Below, one piece after another: positions 9,144 through 18,053 of a DNA stretch of 64,000 bases (positions are counted from its first letter, which is position 1; the number at the start of each line of letters is the position of its first letter). This DNA comes from a virus: IMG/VR virus record IMGVR_UViG_3300010389_000001, positions 32,211 to 96,210 of that record. One strand, written 5' to 3'. A model generated the notes under the pieces. It was not told the DNA's origin. It did not search any database and saw nothing but the letters and a program-made list of their open reading frames with translations. The position numbers and the translations under genes are program-made.

Positions 9144-9689
9144 TTAGTAGCCTAGATCTTTTGCCAATTTATAAACATCATCTGGAGTTGGATCAAAACT
9201 AACTCCAATTAAGCCCAACCCCGTCTCTCTTGCGTATAAAGTAACCGCCCCAATCCTCTCAAGCCATCTGTTGAATTTTGCAATCTCCTCATAGGTTGAA
9301 AGATCGGACAGACCATGAAGTCGTATAGACTTCTTTTCAGACGCCTCTATTGGATTGCTCTCTTTATCATATAATCTCTTTAATTTATCTGCGATTGTTT
9401 TAAGCTCTCCCTTAGGAACTTTGCTGGGATCTTTTATATAATATATCTCAGACCTCTCCATAAATATTGTTATGCCGTTCATAGGAATCCAGTCTCCCTC
9501 TTTATTTAAATGAGGTGTTCCGGTTCCGGTTGATCTATAAAAAACCTTTGGACTTCCATCTGACAGCCTTACTGCAAGTAATATTCTTCCTTCGTCGTCT
9601 GACCATATTTCGTCTGATGCAAGAAGAATATCTCCTATTTTTTTACCGCTATAAGGCTTAAATATATTTTTAAATTTGCTGAATATCAA
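9144..9689 (-). CDS. hypothetical protein
   Basis: 181-aa ORF; CTAATATA on the minus strand at 9718-9725. Confidence 0.7.
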   Translation of the reverse strand: MIFSKFKNIFKPYSGKKIGDILLASDEIWSDDEGRILLAVRLSDGSPKVFYRSTGTGTPHLNKEGDWIPMNGITIFMERSEIYYIKDPSKVPKGELKTIADKLKRLYDKESNPIEASEKKSIRLHGLSDLSTYEEIAKFNRWLERIGAVTLYARETGLGLIGVSFDPTPDDVYKLAKDLGY

Positions 9690-9802
9690 AATAATTTACT
9701 TATCCAATAAAATAAAATATATTAGCAAATATAATGCTTATAATCAACTAATATTAAAGGAATAATGACCGGCAGATAAAATGCCTCCTGGAGAATAAAG
9801 AA

Positions 9803-10117
9803 ATGATTAAAGAATTAGTTAAACTGGCAAATCACCTTGATGCAAAAGGATTAAAGAAAGAGGCTGACTTTTTGGACTCCGTTATAGAGAAGGCCGCCCA
9901 AGCAATGGCTGAGCCGAAGAAGGTTCAATACAAAGTATGCCCTGGTGAATCATGGTCCAGCATATGGGAAGATGCAACAAGGGGCACGGGCAAGTCTGTC
10001 GAGGATAACGTAGCTCTCAATGAAGGTATGGATCTAAGTACGGTACTACAGCCTGGTGATATGCTGACTGTATGGGCAAGACCGGAAGTCGAGGATACTG
10101 CTCAGAAGAGGTGCTAA
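9803..10117 (+). CDS. leader module fused to a LysM-like domain
   Basis: MIKELVKLANHLDAKGLKKEADFLDSVIEKAA then YKVCPGESWSSI...N...LQPGDMLTV. Confidence 0.75.
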   Translation: MIKELVKLANHLDAKGLKKEADFLDSVIEKAAQAMAEPKKVQYKVCPGESWSSIWEDATRGTGKSVEDNVALNEGMDLSTVLQPGDMLTVWARPEVEDTAQKRC

Positions 10118-10144
10118 AAAAATTATTAATGTAGAGAGGAAGTT

Positions 10145-10582
10145 ATGTCTTTAGTTTTGTTTTTATTTGGTCACGTCTTATCGTCACTCCTGGTTTATCT
10201 TAATCATAGATTTGTTTTGCATGGCAAACTTGGAAAGCTACCTCTTCTAAAAGATTTTAGGCAGTTGCATATCGCTCACCACAGACATGCTTATGATGAC
10301 GAAAGGAATCTTCACTTTGAGCCTCTATGGCTCACTGGCTCGTTATTCTTTATAATAGGAGGAATAGGTATTCTTGTCAATGGGTATCTGGCACTTGGCA
10401 TGGCTTCCTTTGCTGGACTATATGCCTACAGACATAAGAGAATCCACAATAAAGATGAGTCCTCCTACTTCTCCAAGCACCATAGATATCACCATACCAG
10501 AAACGGCAGAGTGAATTTTTCTGGAATTTACCCTTGGATAGACAAACTGTTTGGAACCTTTGTAGACTCTAGTTGCCTGTAA
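10145..10582 (+). CDS. fatty acid hydroxylase / sterol desaturase family membrane protein
   Basis: His boxes HRFVLH, HIAHH, HKRIH, HHRYHH; NFSG...DKLFGT. Confidence 0.8.
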   Translation: MSLVLFLFGHVLSSLLVYLNHRFVLHGKLGKLPLLKDFRQLHIAHHRHAYDDERNLHFEPLWLTGSLFFIIGGIGILVNGYLALGMASFAGLYAYRHKRIHNKDESSYFSKHHRYHHTRNGRVNFSGIYPWIDKLFGTFVDSSCL

Positions 10583-10640
10583 CCCTTGTTAAGTATATAT
10601 AGCTCACGAAAAATTATCTGTCAATTTTTTTTAAAACAAA

Positions 10641-10883
10641 ATGGCTGTGCTATCAATAAAAAGAGATAAGATAAGAGCTTCACACATGTCATATGAGCAT
10701 AAATTTAGAATAACTATTGACTGGCTAAATCGGGTTGGCCTCACCAAAGAGGCGTCCGATTTGACAGCACTCATGCTGGATTGTCGGAACCACTCCGAGT
10801 TGCTGGAGAAAATAAGATCCCTAAAGATTGAGCGAGCCAGAATGGCGATGCTAAATCGAGCTATGTTGAATAAGGCTTGCTGA
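10641..10883 (+). CDS. small protein with leader-like segment
   Basis: IDWLNRVGLTKEASDLTALM; the true start may be Met 10686. Confidence 0.55.
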   Translation: MAVLSIKRDKIRASHMSYEHKFRITIDWLNRVGLTKEASDLTALMLDCRNHSELLEKIRSLKIERARMAMLNRAMLNKAC

Positions 10884-11104
10884 AAGCCGTGAACTCTATT
10901 GTTATGATTGCGGCTTTATGGAGCTTATGAATAATTTTAAAGGTTCTGTTGCCCATCGTGGTGGGGCTGGTTACCCTGATGTGGGGCAAGGTTTTCCTGC
11001 CCCCATTCGATATTCTTAAAAAGTAAAGGGAAATTTCGGCCGCATTATTTGCTGCAACAAATAATATCGCAAGCTAATTATTTCTTGATAGCTGAGAGCG
11101 AAGC

Positions 11105-11293
11105 ATGGCCAACTTAAAAAATTTCATAAAGTCCTTGGCGAAATCAAACCTGTCTTTCTTAGCCGGCCTGATATACGGCTCGATTGTAGTTGCGATTACT
11201 TCCTATATAATCCTGGGTCCGGTAGCTTTGGATGAAGAGAATCTATCAGATGTGGATAGATTAAAAGAATGCATCTTTGAAGATGGCGAGTGA
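11105..11293 (+). CDS. small membrane protein
   Basis: One hydrophobic helix; CTAATTAT at 11074. Confidence 0.55.
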   Translation: MANLKNFIKSLAKSNLSFLAGLIYGSIVVAITSYIILGPVALDEENLSDVDRLKECIFEDGE

Positions 11294-11316
11294 TTTGGTA
11301 GAATATTCTTTATAAT

Positions 11317-11400
11317 GCTAGGGTGGCCGAGAGGTTGAAGGCACTAGATTTGTAATCTAGTTAGGAGACTACATCGCAGGTTCGAATCCTGTCCCTAGCT
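11317..11400 (+). tRNA. tRNA-Thr(UGU) with a long (type II-like) variable arm
   Basis: Acceptor GCTAGGG/CCCTAGC; anticodon arm CTAGA-TTTGTAA-TCTAG; T arm GCAGG-TTCGAAT-CCTGT; 15-nt variable region; no encoded CCA. Confidence 0.85.
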
Positions 11401-11419
11401 CTTTTTAAAACACTAAAGC

Positions 11420-11638
11420 TTGGTTGCTGTAATGCTCGATAAAGTTAATTGCAGAGAGTGCGGCGAAGAATACAATCCAAAGAGAGCGGCTCTTGGATAC
11501 GCCACCTGCCTTAGTTGCGGTGATGCTAGCGCAAGAGAATTGGCAAGGCATCGCTCTCGCTGTTCTGCTCCAGCTTTCAATAAGGGTGCCTACCAACCTG
11601 TTATGAGCAAAGATGACGCAAAGTGGGTAGGGAAGTGA
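11420..11638 (+). CDS. small Zn-finger protein
   Basis: CRECGE...RAALGYATCLSCG (DksA/TraR-like CxxC pairs). Confidence 0.65.
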   Translation: MVAVMLDKVNCRECGEEYNPKRAALGYATCLSCGDASARELARHRSRCSAPAFNKGAYQPVMSKDDAKWVGK

Positions 11639-11916
11639 CCGCAATAGATAAAGATCCAAATATTGCGTTGATGCAACTTGATAAAATAGAAGAAAAGATC
11701 AATATTCAGAAGAAATTGATTTCTTCTATAAGAAGCCAAATCCTACTTAAAAGAGATTTCGGTGTTTGCGTAAGCCAGATCGCTGGGCAGAAAAGAATGT
11801 TTAAAAAACAAATTGGATCTAGAAACTTATCTAAAACTGGATATGCCTTAATTCTTTTGAAGTGCGGAAAAGAAGTGAGGGTTCCAGATAGCCTGTTGGA
11901 ATGGAATAATGAGTGA
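11623..11916 (+). CDS. hypothetical protein
   Basis: ORF overlapping the end of the upstream gene. Confidence 0.55.
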   Translation: MGREVTAIDKDPNIALMQLDKIEEKINIQKKLISSIRSQILLKRDFGVCVSQIAGQKRMFKKQIGSRNLSKTGYALILLKCGKEVRVPDSLLEWNNE

Positions 11917-12005
11917 ATCAACAAAGGAAATGATCGGCCTTATGCTAATGTCCTTTATGCTTTATTCTTTTAGCTTTGCTTATTTGTATTTTTACTGAGT
12001 GATCT

Positions 12006-12215
12006 ATGGATATTGTCGGCGTTAAATTTAGGTTGCCTGGCATTTGGAGAATTAGAGATTTAGATATTCCGGTTACTATAGTTCAATATCTAGGCCCGAA
12101 AGACGGCGAAGACTGGTTTCTAATAGAATCAAAAGACGGCGAAGTTACTGGAGCACCAGCATCACAGTTGTTTGTAGATAAGTTTCCTCTATCGGGAATA
12201 GAAAGCAAATGCTAA
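12006..12215 (+). CDS. hypothetical protein
   Basis: 69-aa ORF overlapping the next gene. Confidence 0.55.
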   Translation: MDIVGVKFRLPGIWRIRDLDIPVTIVQYLGPKDGEDWFLIESKDGEVTGAPASQLFVDKFPLSGIESKC

Positions 12216-12691
12216 CCTTAGAGTCACTAAATCCAGATAAGCCTCTCTCTGTTTTTCTTGCGATTGGATTTTCAGAGAAGGCACTCCCGGTTTGGGAAAA
12301 AGAATATCCGAAGGATATGAGGCCGAGAAAAGCAATCGAAGCAGCTAAGGAATGGCTAAGCAATCCCTCTGCTGCTGCTGCTGCTGCTGCTAGGGCTGCT
12401 TATGCTGCTGCTTATGCTGCTGCTTCTGCTGCTGCTAATGATGCTGCTTATGCTGCTTATGCTGCTGCTAGGGCTGCTTCTGCTGCTGCTTATGCTGCTG
12501 TTTATGCTGCTAGGGCTTTAAAGGCAGATAAGGAAAGCTTAATCCACGAAGTAATCTTAGAAAACCTAGATTGGATTCTGCAATATAAGATTGAGAATGG
12601 ACAGAGTTTTGGAGATCCAGAGTTAATTTTTGATTACTTAACCGAAGAACAAAAGCAAAGATTTCTGTTTAATTTAGATGCGGTGGCCTAA
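12209..12691 (+). CDS. Ala-rich Imm5-like family protein, copy 2
   Basis: N- and C-terminal parts nearly identical to 169..702, with a different Ala tract. Confidence 0.75.
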   Translation: MLTLESLNPDKPLSVFLAIGFSEKALPVWEKEYPKDMRPRKAIEAAKEWLSNPSAAAAAAARAAYAAAYAAASAAANDAAYAAYAAARAASAAAYAAVYAARALKADKESLIHEVILENLDWILQYKIENGQSFGDPELIFDYLTEEQKQRFLFNLDAVA

Positions 12692-12707
12692 AGGGGGCGG
12701 AGGAGAT

Positions 12708-13016
12708 ATGTCCGGAATATATGATTCTAATGGCAATCTGATTATTGAAAGAAAATCTGTAACGATAAAGCTATCTGATGATGAGGCAGAGGAGTTATTG
12801 GTTGGTCTTGCGACTAATGTAGCCAGACTTCATAGGCTGGGAAGATATAAGTGGTCTCAAGGCATTAGTGAATCTATTGGCTATGGGAAAAGGCTATCTA
12901 GAATATTTGAAGAAGCATGTGACGCAGACCCCCTGTGGTTTGAGGGAATTATTAAAACAATAGACAACAGGGAATTATCCGGAAAAAAATCTTTATTTTC
13001 CACATATAATATTTAA
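12708..13016 (+). CDS. hypothetical protein
   Basis: ATG at 12708 after GGAGG. Confidence 0.6.
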   Translation: MSGIYDSNGNLIIERKSVTIKLSDDEAEELLVGLATNVARLHRLGRYKWSQGISESIGYGKRLSRIFEEACDADPLWFEGIIKTIDNRELSGKKSLFSTYNI

Positions 13017-13022
13017 TTTAAA

Positions 13023-13235
13023 ATGAAAGACTTTAAGATTAAAGAAATTGTTGTTGTAAAACAAAAGGCTTCTGATTCAGGCTGGCCTCGTCCGCCTAAA
13101 TATTATCTTGATGAAGAGTCTGCAAAAGATGCCGGCGAGACAAGCTGGGAGAAGGTTGCCGTTCTTTACTGGAAAGATGGATTTAGAGAAAGGTTTTTTA
13201 CTCTCACGGAATTGATAGAAAAAGTAAAGCATTAA
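13023..13235 (+). CDS. hypothetical protein
   Basis: 70-aa ORF. Confidence 0.55.
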   Translation: MKDFKIKEIVVVKQKASDSGWPRPPKYYLDEESAKDAGETSWEKVAVLYWKDGFRERFFTLTELIEKVKH

Positions 13236-13291
13236 TTTGGTCTTCTGTTTAATTCTATTAATTTATAGAAGTATATTGATTGGAACAATCT

Positions 13292-13363
13292 GGGGTTATG
13301 GTGAAACTGGGATCACGCTAGCCTTGCAAGCTGGAATTCAGGGTTCGAGTCCCTGTAACTCCA
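13292..13363 (+). tRNA. tRNA-Ala(UGC)
   Basis: Acceptor GGGGTTA/TAACTCC with G3:U70; loop CTTGCAA; T loop TTCGAGT. Confidence 0.92.
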
Positions 13364-13380
13364 TATTGTTCCAATATTAA

Positions 13381-13640
13381 CCGCCTTGTGCAAGATAATG
13401 GTTTTCTTGCAGGCAGGTTGCCGCCAGGTTTTAGCTGGCTTTAAGCCTAACCCATAGATGCCTATTTACCTTTTGTGGACAGGATAATAATCGTGCCTAT
13501 CCTGTAAAAAAGGTGAACCGCTATAATGTGTGGCAACCTGGGAGGCTTGCATGGTTTTTCACCTTTCCATCAAAAGCCTGTTTGCTTTATTTATTTTCGC
13601 GAGGTGAAACCTCTTGATCTCAGTCGAGGGTTAGTAACCG
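13381..13640 (+). ncRNA. putative structured ncRNA of unknown class
   Basis: Nested helices CAGGTTGCC/GGCAACCTG, ACCTTTT/AAAAGGT, ACAGGATA/TATCCTGT, plus TGCAAGA/TCTTGCA and GAGG-TGAAA-CCTC; no ORF in the track; strand inferred from neighbours. Confidence 0.5.
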
Positions 13641-13649
13641 CATCGTAGG

Positions 13650-14009
13650 GTGGACTGCATGAGTTTGGTGACCAAAAAATATCAAACAGAGTGTGCAGGA
13701 GATTTTGTGCTTTCTGAAAAAGAAGCAGAGCATTTTCGTAGATTTAGCGCAGAGAACTACATTCTGCAATCAAACTTTGGTCTGATTCCATTTGATCTAT
13801 GGCACGAGAAAACGAAGAACAAAGAAGACCCGTTTGATGGAATGCCTGAAGAAGAGGCTCTTGCTGCCAGAAGAAAGTTTAGGAAGCTAAAAAAAATATT
13901 GGCAGCTATTCACGAGGTTCCATATAAAAGAGTATCATTCTCTGGGGTTCTTAGAAATTTTTGGATTTCTCGCACGAACTCTTACTTGAGAGATAAAGCG
14001 GGTCTATAA
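13650..14009 (+). CDS. hypothetical protein
   Basis: 119-aa ORF (ATG at 13659 likely). Confidence 0.6.
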   Translation: MDCMSLVTKKYQTECAGDFVLSEKEAEHFRRFSAENYILQSNFGLIPFDLWHEKTKNKEDPFDGMPEEEALAARRKFRKLKKILAAIHEVPYKRVSFSGVLRNFWISRTNSYLRDKAGL

Positions 14010-14020
14010 GAAGTTAATTA

Positions 14021-14097
14021 GCGGAAGTATCCCCTCGGCCTCCTAAGCTGTTGAAAGGGTAACTGGACACATGCGGGTTCGACTCCCGCCTTCCGCA
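14021..14097 (+). tRNA. atypical tRNA-like RNA with Arg(CCU) anticodon and no canonical D arm
   Basis: Acceptor GCGGAAG/CTTCCGC, T arm GCGGG-TTCGACT-CCCGC, CGGC-CTCCTAA-GCTG anticodon-like arm only 8 nt after the acceptor strand. Confidence 0.65.
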
Positions 14098-14127
14098 CTC
14101 TAAAACAATAGAAGAAAACTAAAAGCA

Positions 14128-14373
14128 TTGGAGCATAAAATGAAGGTGAGTATAGGCGCTAAGCTTTATTTGAGTAAGCTTGGGGCTTACGGGTTTCACT
14201 ATCCTAATAACGAGAAGCCTTTAACGGTAACAGCTACCTTCTCTGCAAAGGAGGTTTCCTGGGTCGGAAGTAAGTTTTACTCTGCCATTATACCGGATGA
14301 TCAGGCGACTGCTGTGGATTCAGATGGTAACTTTTATCGAATCAACTACCCGGTCTGGGTTGAAAATTCGTAA
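14128..14373 (+). CDS. hypothetical protein
   Basis: ORF; ATG at 14140 after GGAG likely. Confidence 0.55.
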   Translation: MEHKMKVSIGAKLYLSKLGAYGFHYPNNEKPLTVTATFSAKEVSWVGSKFYSAIIPDDQATAVDSDGNFYRINYPVWVENS

Positions 14374-14381
14374 AATCTAAA

Positions 14382-14957
14382 TTGATCATGCTGACGTTAA
14401 ACGCCATACTGCCTGATGCGAAGCTATCCACCTTTCTTGCAATAGAGTTTGCGAAAGAGGCTCTGCCAATCTGGGAGGGGGCGAACAAGCATGACGATAG
14501 GCCTCAAAGATCGCTGGATACTGTAAGCGAAATTTATGGAGACTTATCCGCCGCTGGAGGCTACGATAGAGCTTATGATGCATACAACTCAGCGGTACAG
14601 GCAACTTTTTCCGCCAAGTCTAAGGCCTCACTATCCAGTGCATATTCAGTAGCTTATGCTGCTTATACTGCGGCACATGCTGCCGCCCATGAGCGAGATA
14701 AGCTTTTCGGCAGCACAAACGTTAATGCTAGATATAATCTTTCAATAAACTTGAGAACTTCCGCAGATTTTGCATCAGAAGCATTATTTGAAGTTAGCTA
14801 TAAGTTTGTAGATAGGATAATAAAAAAAAGCTTAGACCATATTCTTGATTATAATATTGCTAATTCAAGAGGCTTTGGTGATTCAGAAAAAGTTCTTGAA
14901 TCATTAAGCGATTTGCAGAAAGAAAAGTTCTTATTCAATATCGAGGTGCTAAGATGA
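14382..14957 (+). CDS. Imm5-like family protein, copy 3 (divergent)
   Basis: FLAIEFAKEALPIWE..HDDRPQ; C-terminal KEKFLFNIE. Confidence 0.7.
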   Translation: MIMLTLNAILPDAKLSTFLAIEFAKEALPIWEGANKHDDRPQRSLDTVSEIYGDLSAAGGYDRAYDAYNSAVQATFSAKSKASLSSAYSVAYAAYTAAHAAAHERDKLFGSTNVNARYNLSINLRTSADFASEALFEVSYKFVDRIIKKSLDHILDYNIANSRGFGDSEKVLESLSDLQKEKFLFNIEVLR

Positions 14958-15097
14958 AATTCAATTATTATTGTCGCCATTGTGGTTGTGGATCTCACGG
15001 ACCCCTTTGGTTTTTCGGAAGATGCCCAAAGTGCGGAGCGTCTACTTTGCCGAAGGAATGGCTGGATAGCTTAGAATCTTAGAGCTGGTGATGTAAG

Positions 15098-16378
15098 ATG
15101 ATTTTTAGATATGTTGACTTGGACGAAGGGGCAGAAATCGCTCTGTCAGCAAGAGTGGTTGGTTTCCGCAGAATGGGCAATGTCTCGTTCGGGCATATAC
15201 AAGATGCTACAGGAAGAATTCAGTTTTGTATAAAGAAGAACTCTCTGCATAGTCCGTCTGAATACAAAGAGCTTGTAAAGTCTATAACAAATGGCTGCTT
15301 CCTCTCCTTGGAGGGAAACATATGGTTTTCAAAGACTGGCGAGAAGACGGTCCTTGTAACCTCTGGAGCTATGCTTTCTAGGCCGGTTACACCAATGCCC
15401 TCTAAGTTCTATGGCATAGCGGACGAAGAGAGCCTAATTAGAAAGCGATACCTTCACACGGCGCTAGATGCTGATGCGGCATCGACCTTTCTTATCCGGT
15501 CAAAGGTAATAAGTATTATAAGAGAGTTCTTAACTTCGTCGGACTTTCTTGAGGTCGAGACTCCAATCTTATCTGCTCAGGCATCTGGAGCTATTGCCAG
15601 GCCCTTCATAACTCATCACAATGCATTGGATAAGGATTTTTACCTAAGGATTGCGCCAGAGACTTATCTAAAGATGATGACTGCAGGAGGATTCAATAAA
15701 GTATTTGAGATTGGCAAGTCCTTTAGAAATGAAGGATTAGATCGGTCTCACGTTCAAGAGTTTACTTCTCTTGAGTGGTATTATGCTTTTGCTGATTACC
15801 AAAAGAATAAGCATTTATTTTCATCACTTATAGGCAGAGTGTTGAATGTCCTAGGTTTCGACGGAGGCTTAGTTCAGCGTGGCGACGTAAAGCTGGATTT
15901 TTCAAATATAGAAACGAAGAAGTATAGGGAATTGTTTGAGGAGTATGGTCTAAATGGCCCGGACTCCTATTCTTCGCAGGAAGCAGATGATTTGTTCAAG
16001 AAGGTTATTAGGCCGAACATTATACAGCCTCTTTTTGTTGAAGATTATCCGGCTCATATGTCGCCTATGGCTGCAAGAAAGCCTAATGATGAATCAACGG
16101 TAGAGCAGTGGCAGCTAATAGTGGACGGCTGGGAAATAGCCAAGTGTTATACCGAGCTTATTGATCCAGTCCTGCAGAGAAAACTCCTCGAAGATCAAAT
16201 GCAACAAAGGGCCGAAGGAGATGAGGAGGCTATGATGATTGACGAAGCCTTCCTTGAGGCAATGGAATATGGTATGCCTCCACAGTCTGGTCTGGGCCTT
16301 GGCATAGATAGATTAGTTTGCTTGCTTGCAGATAAGCAAACCCTTAGGGATGTTATATATTTTCCGCTAACTAGGTGA
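15098..16378 (+). CDS. lysS: lysyl-tRNA synthetase (class II)
   Basis: OB-fold RRMG..F..IQDATGRIQ; FLEVETPIL, GAIARPFITHHNALD, YLRIAPE, FRNEG, EYGMPPQSGLGLGIDRL. Confidence 0.93.
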   Translation: MIFRYVDLDEGAEIALSARVVGFRRMGNVSFGHIQDATGRIQFCIKKNSLHSPSEYKELVKSITNGCFLSLEGNIWFSKTGEKTVLVTSGAMLSRPVTPMPSKFYGIADEESLIRKRYLHTALDADAASTFLIRSKVISIIREFLTSSDFLEVETPILSAQASGAIARPFITHHNALDKDFYLRIAPETYLKMMTAGGFNKVFEIGKSFRNEGLDRSHVQEFTSLEWYYAFADYQKNKHLFSSLIGRVLNVLGFDGGLVQRGDVKLDFSNIETKKYRELFEEYGLNGPDSYSSQEADDLFKKVIRPNIIQPLFVEDYPAHMSPMAARKPNDESTVEQWQLIVDGWEIAKCYTELIDPVLQRKLLEDQMQQRAEGDEEAMMIDEAFLEAMEYGMPPQSGLGLGIDRLVCLLADKQTLRDVIYFPLTR

Positions 16379-16611
16379 TCGTTTTGAAAAATGAAGATTT
16401 GCATAATATCGGAATCGTTTTAAATAAAGATAAAATTACGTTGTGCAATGATATGGGCGTTCCAGATTATCTCGGGATTGCCCTTAGCTGGCTTAATTTA
16501 TCCAATGAAACTGGAGAAAAGGTTGCCAAAAGAAATTACCAATATTATATTGGTGTCGCCGAAGAATTTGGAATGTGCGAACGAGTAGGATCTCCAGCCA
16601 TTAAGGAGTGA
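16375..16611 (+). CDS. hypothetical protein
   Basis: Overlap-coupled ORF. Confidence 0.55.
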   Translation: MIVLKNEDLHNIGIVLNKDKITLCNDMGVPDYLGIALSWLNLSNETGEKVAKRNYQYYIGVAEEFGMCERVGSPAIKE

Positions 16612-17162
16612 TTGTGAAGCATAAAGAAATAGAATATAAGTATTGGGCAGGCGAGTTATCTAAAGAGGATTTCCTTTTTCGATTAAAGTCGATAGACGAA
16701 ATAGATGTTCCAGAGGCCCTTTACGTTGTATCATGTGATGATTATTATATTAAGAAATGCGAAGATCATGCTGACTTTATTAGATTTAGAAAGGGCGGCA
16801 GTGTTTATGAGCTGACAATAAAGGTCAAAGAGGATAAAAATGTTGTAAGAAAAGAGGTGAATCTAAACGTAACAGATAACGATGATTCTTCGGTAGTGGA
16901 GTTCATAAAGCTAACTGGATATAAGAAGGAATTTCAAGTCTATAAGGAAGCTTGGATCTGGCACTTTGAAGACTGCGATGTTTCGTATTACACGCTATCC
17001 GATGGAAGAAGTGTGGTTGAACTTGAGGCGGTCAGACCAAATACGGTAGAGGATGGGGTAAGGGCAATCTCGTGGTGGGAAAAGTCTCTAAACCTATCTT
17101 CTCTCCAGAAGGAATCCCGATCGCTGTACGAAATCTTTACTGAAGAAAGATCCGTAGAGTAG
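16608..17162 (+). CDS. CYTH-domain protein (triphosphate tunnel metalloenzyme)
   Basis: N-terminal EIEYKY (ExExK); RFR, ELTIK, KEVNL, VELE motifs. Confidence 0.75.
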   Translation: MIVKHKEIEYKYWAGELSKEDFLFRLKSIDEIDVPEALYVVSCDDYYIKKCEDHADFIRFRKGGSVYELTIKVKEDKNVVRKEVNLNVTDNDDSSVVEFIKLTGYKKEFQVYKEAWIWHFEDCDVSYYTLSDGRSVVELEAVRPNTVEDGVRAISWWEKSLNLSSLQKESRSLYEIFTEERSVE

Positions 17163-17274
17163 AGGCGGTAGTAGGCTTTGCGGCTGGGAAGAAAGGCAGA
17201 TTTCCTTGTCAATATTAAAAATATTGCATCTTATCCCAGGCGGGTTACGGTCTAGTGCAGGAGTAGTTCTTACA

Positions 17275-17700
17275 ATGATGCTTGCATTCTGCGAGGCGCC
17301 ACATGGCTCCTATGAAGAGGTTATCTGCGTAGCCAGAAAGAGGCTAGATTCAATGGATGATAGCCTTTTGAGAGATGCCGTAGCAGATGGACTACTCGAT
17401 GATGATTACTCAAAATATGAGCTTAAGGAGTCAGATCTATACAATCTGGACAACCCTTTGGCCATGTATCTGAGAGCCCAAGTAATGGAGGCTGTAGATA
17501 TTGTTCTTATATCAATGGATACAAGCCTGCATGTTACCACCAGAATTCTAGATAATAAAAGCTGGGCATTTACTGGCGGGCAAACTCTTGAGGAATTTCC
17601 CTCTGATATATTTAGAAATATACTGATAATAGAGTACTTTAACTTATTCAGGGACATGGGCTCTAAGGACTTTGATTATGAAGATTGCAATTCCTGGTAA
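17275..17700 (+). CDS. hypothetical protein
   Basis: ATG 17275 after AGGAG; class A motif at 17224. Confidence 0.65.
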   Translation: MMLAFCEAPHGSYEEVICVARKRLDSMDDSLLRDAVADGLLDDDYSKYELKESDLYNLDNPLAMYLRAQVMEAVDIVLISMDTSLHVTTRILDNKSWAFTGGQTLEEFPSDIFRNILIIEYFNLFRDMGSKDFDYEDCNSW

Positions 17701-17759
17701 TCAGTGGTTCCTAAAAATTATTCAATAAACCAATACCCAAGGGAGGTTTTCCTTGGGCA

Positions 17760-18053
17760 TTGGTGTTTGTGGGTGTTGCGGTGAGCATTGTAAACGGCGT
17801 CATTATCTTTCTGCTTGGACTAGTGATCGGTATTTATTCCGGGTATAGGATTGCAGGCTTTTTTGCGGTACTAGCCATGCAGACTTTCGATTTCAAAAAG
17901 ATGAAGTGGGAAGAGAGCATCTTTGCTTATCGCCCAAAAAGATTCTCTGATAATCTAAGGCCGGGAGATGTAATTTCATTTACGCTAACACCGGACCTTG
18001 CAAATATATTTAATGGCATTGCAAGGTTAAAGGAAAAGAATAATGAAGTTTGA
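17760..18053 (+). CDS. small membrane protein
   Basis: Hydrophobic N-terminus. Confidence 0.55.
   Translation: MVFVGVAVSIVNGVIIFLLGLVIGIYSGYRIAGFFAVLAMQTFDFKKMKWEESIFAYRPKRFSDNLRPGDVISFTLTPDLANIFNGIARLKEKNNEV

Noticed and set aside
11317..11400. Calling this tRNA-Tyr(GUA)
   Set aside because: With the 5-bp stem CTAGA/TCTAG the 7-nt loop centres on TGT; GTA is off-centre by one base.
328..12510. Diversity-generating retroelement TR/VR pair in the two Ala-tract genes
   Set aside because: The differences are not adenine-specific, they include length changes, and no reverse transcriptase is visible in the window.
15098..16378. EpmA/PoxA instead of LysRS
   Set aside because: The N-terminal OB-fold anticodon-binding domain is present, and EpmA lacks it.
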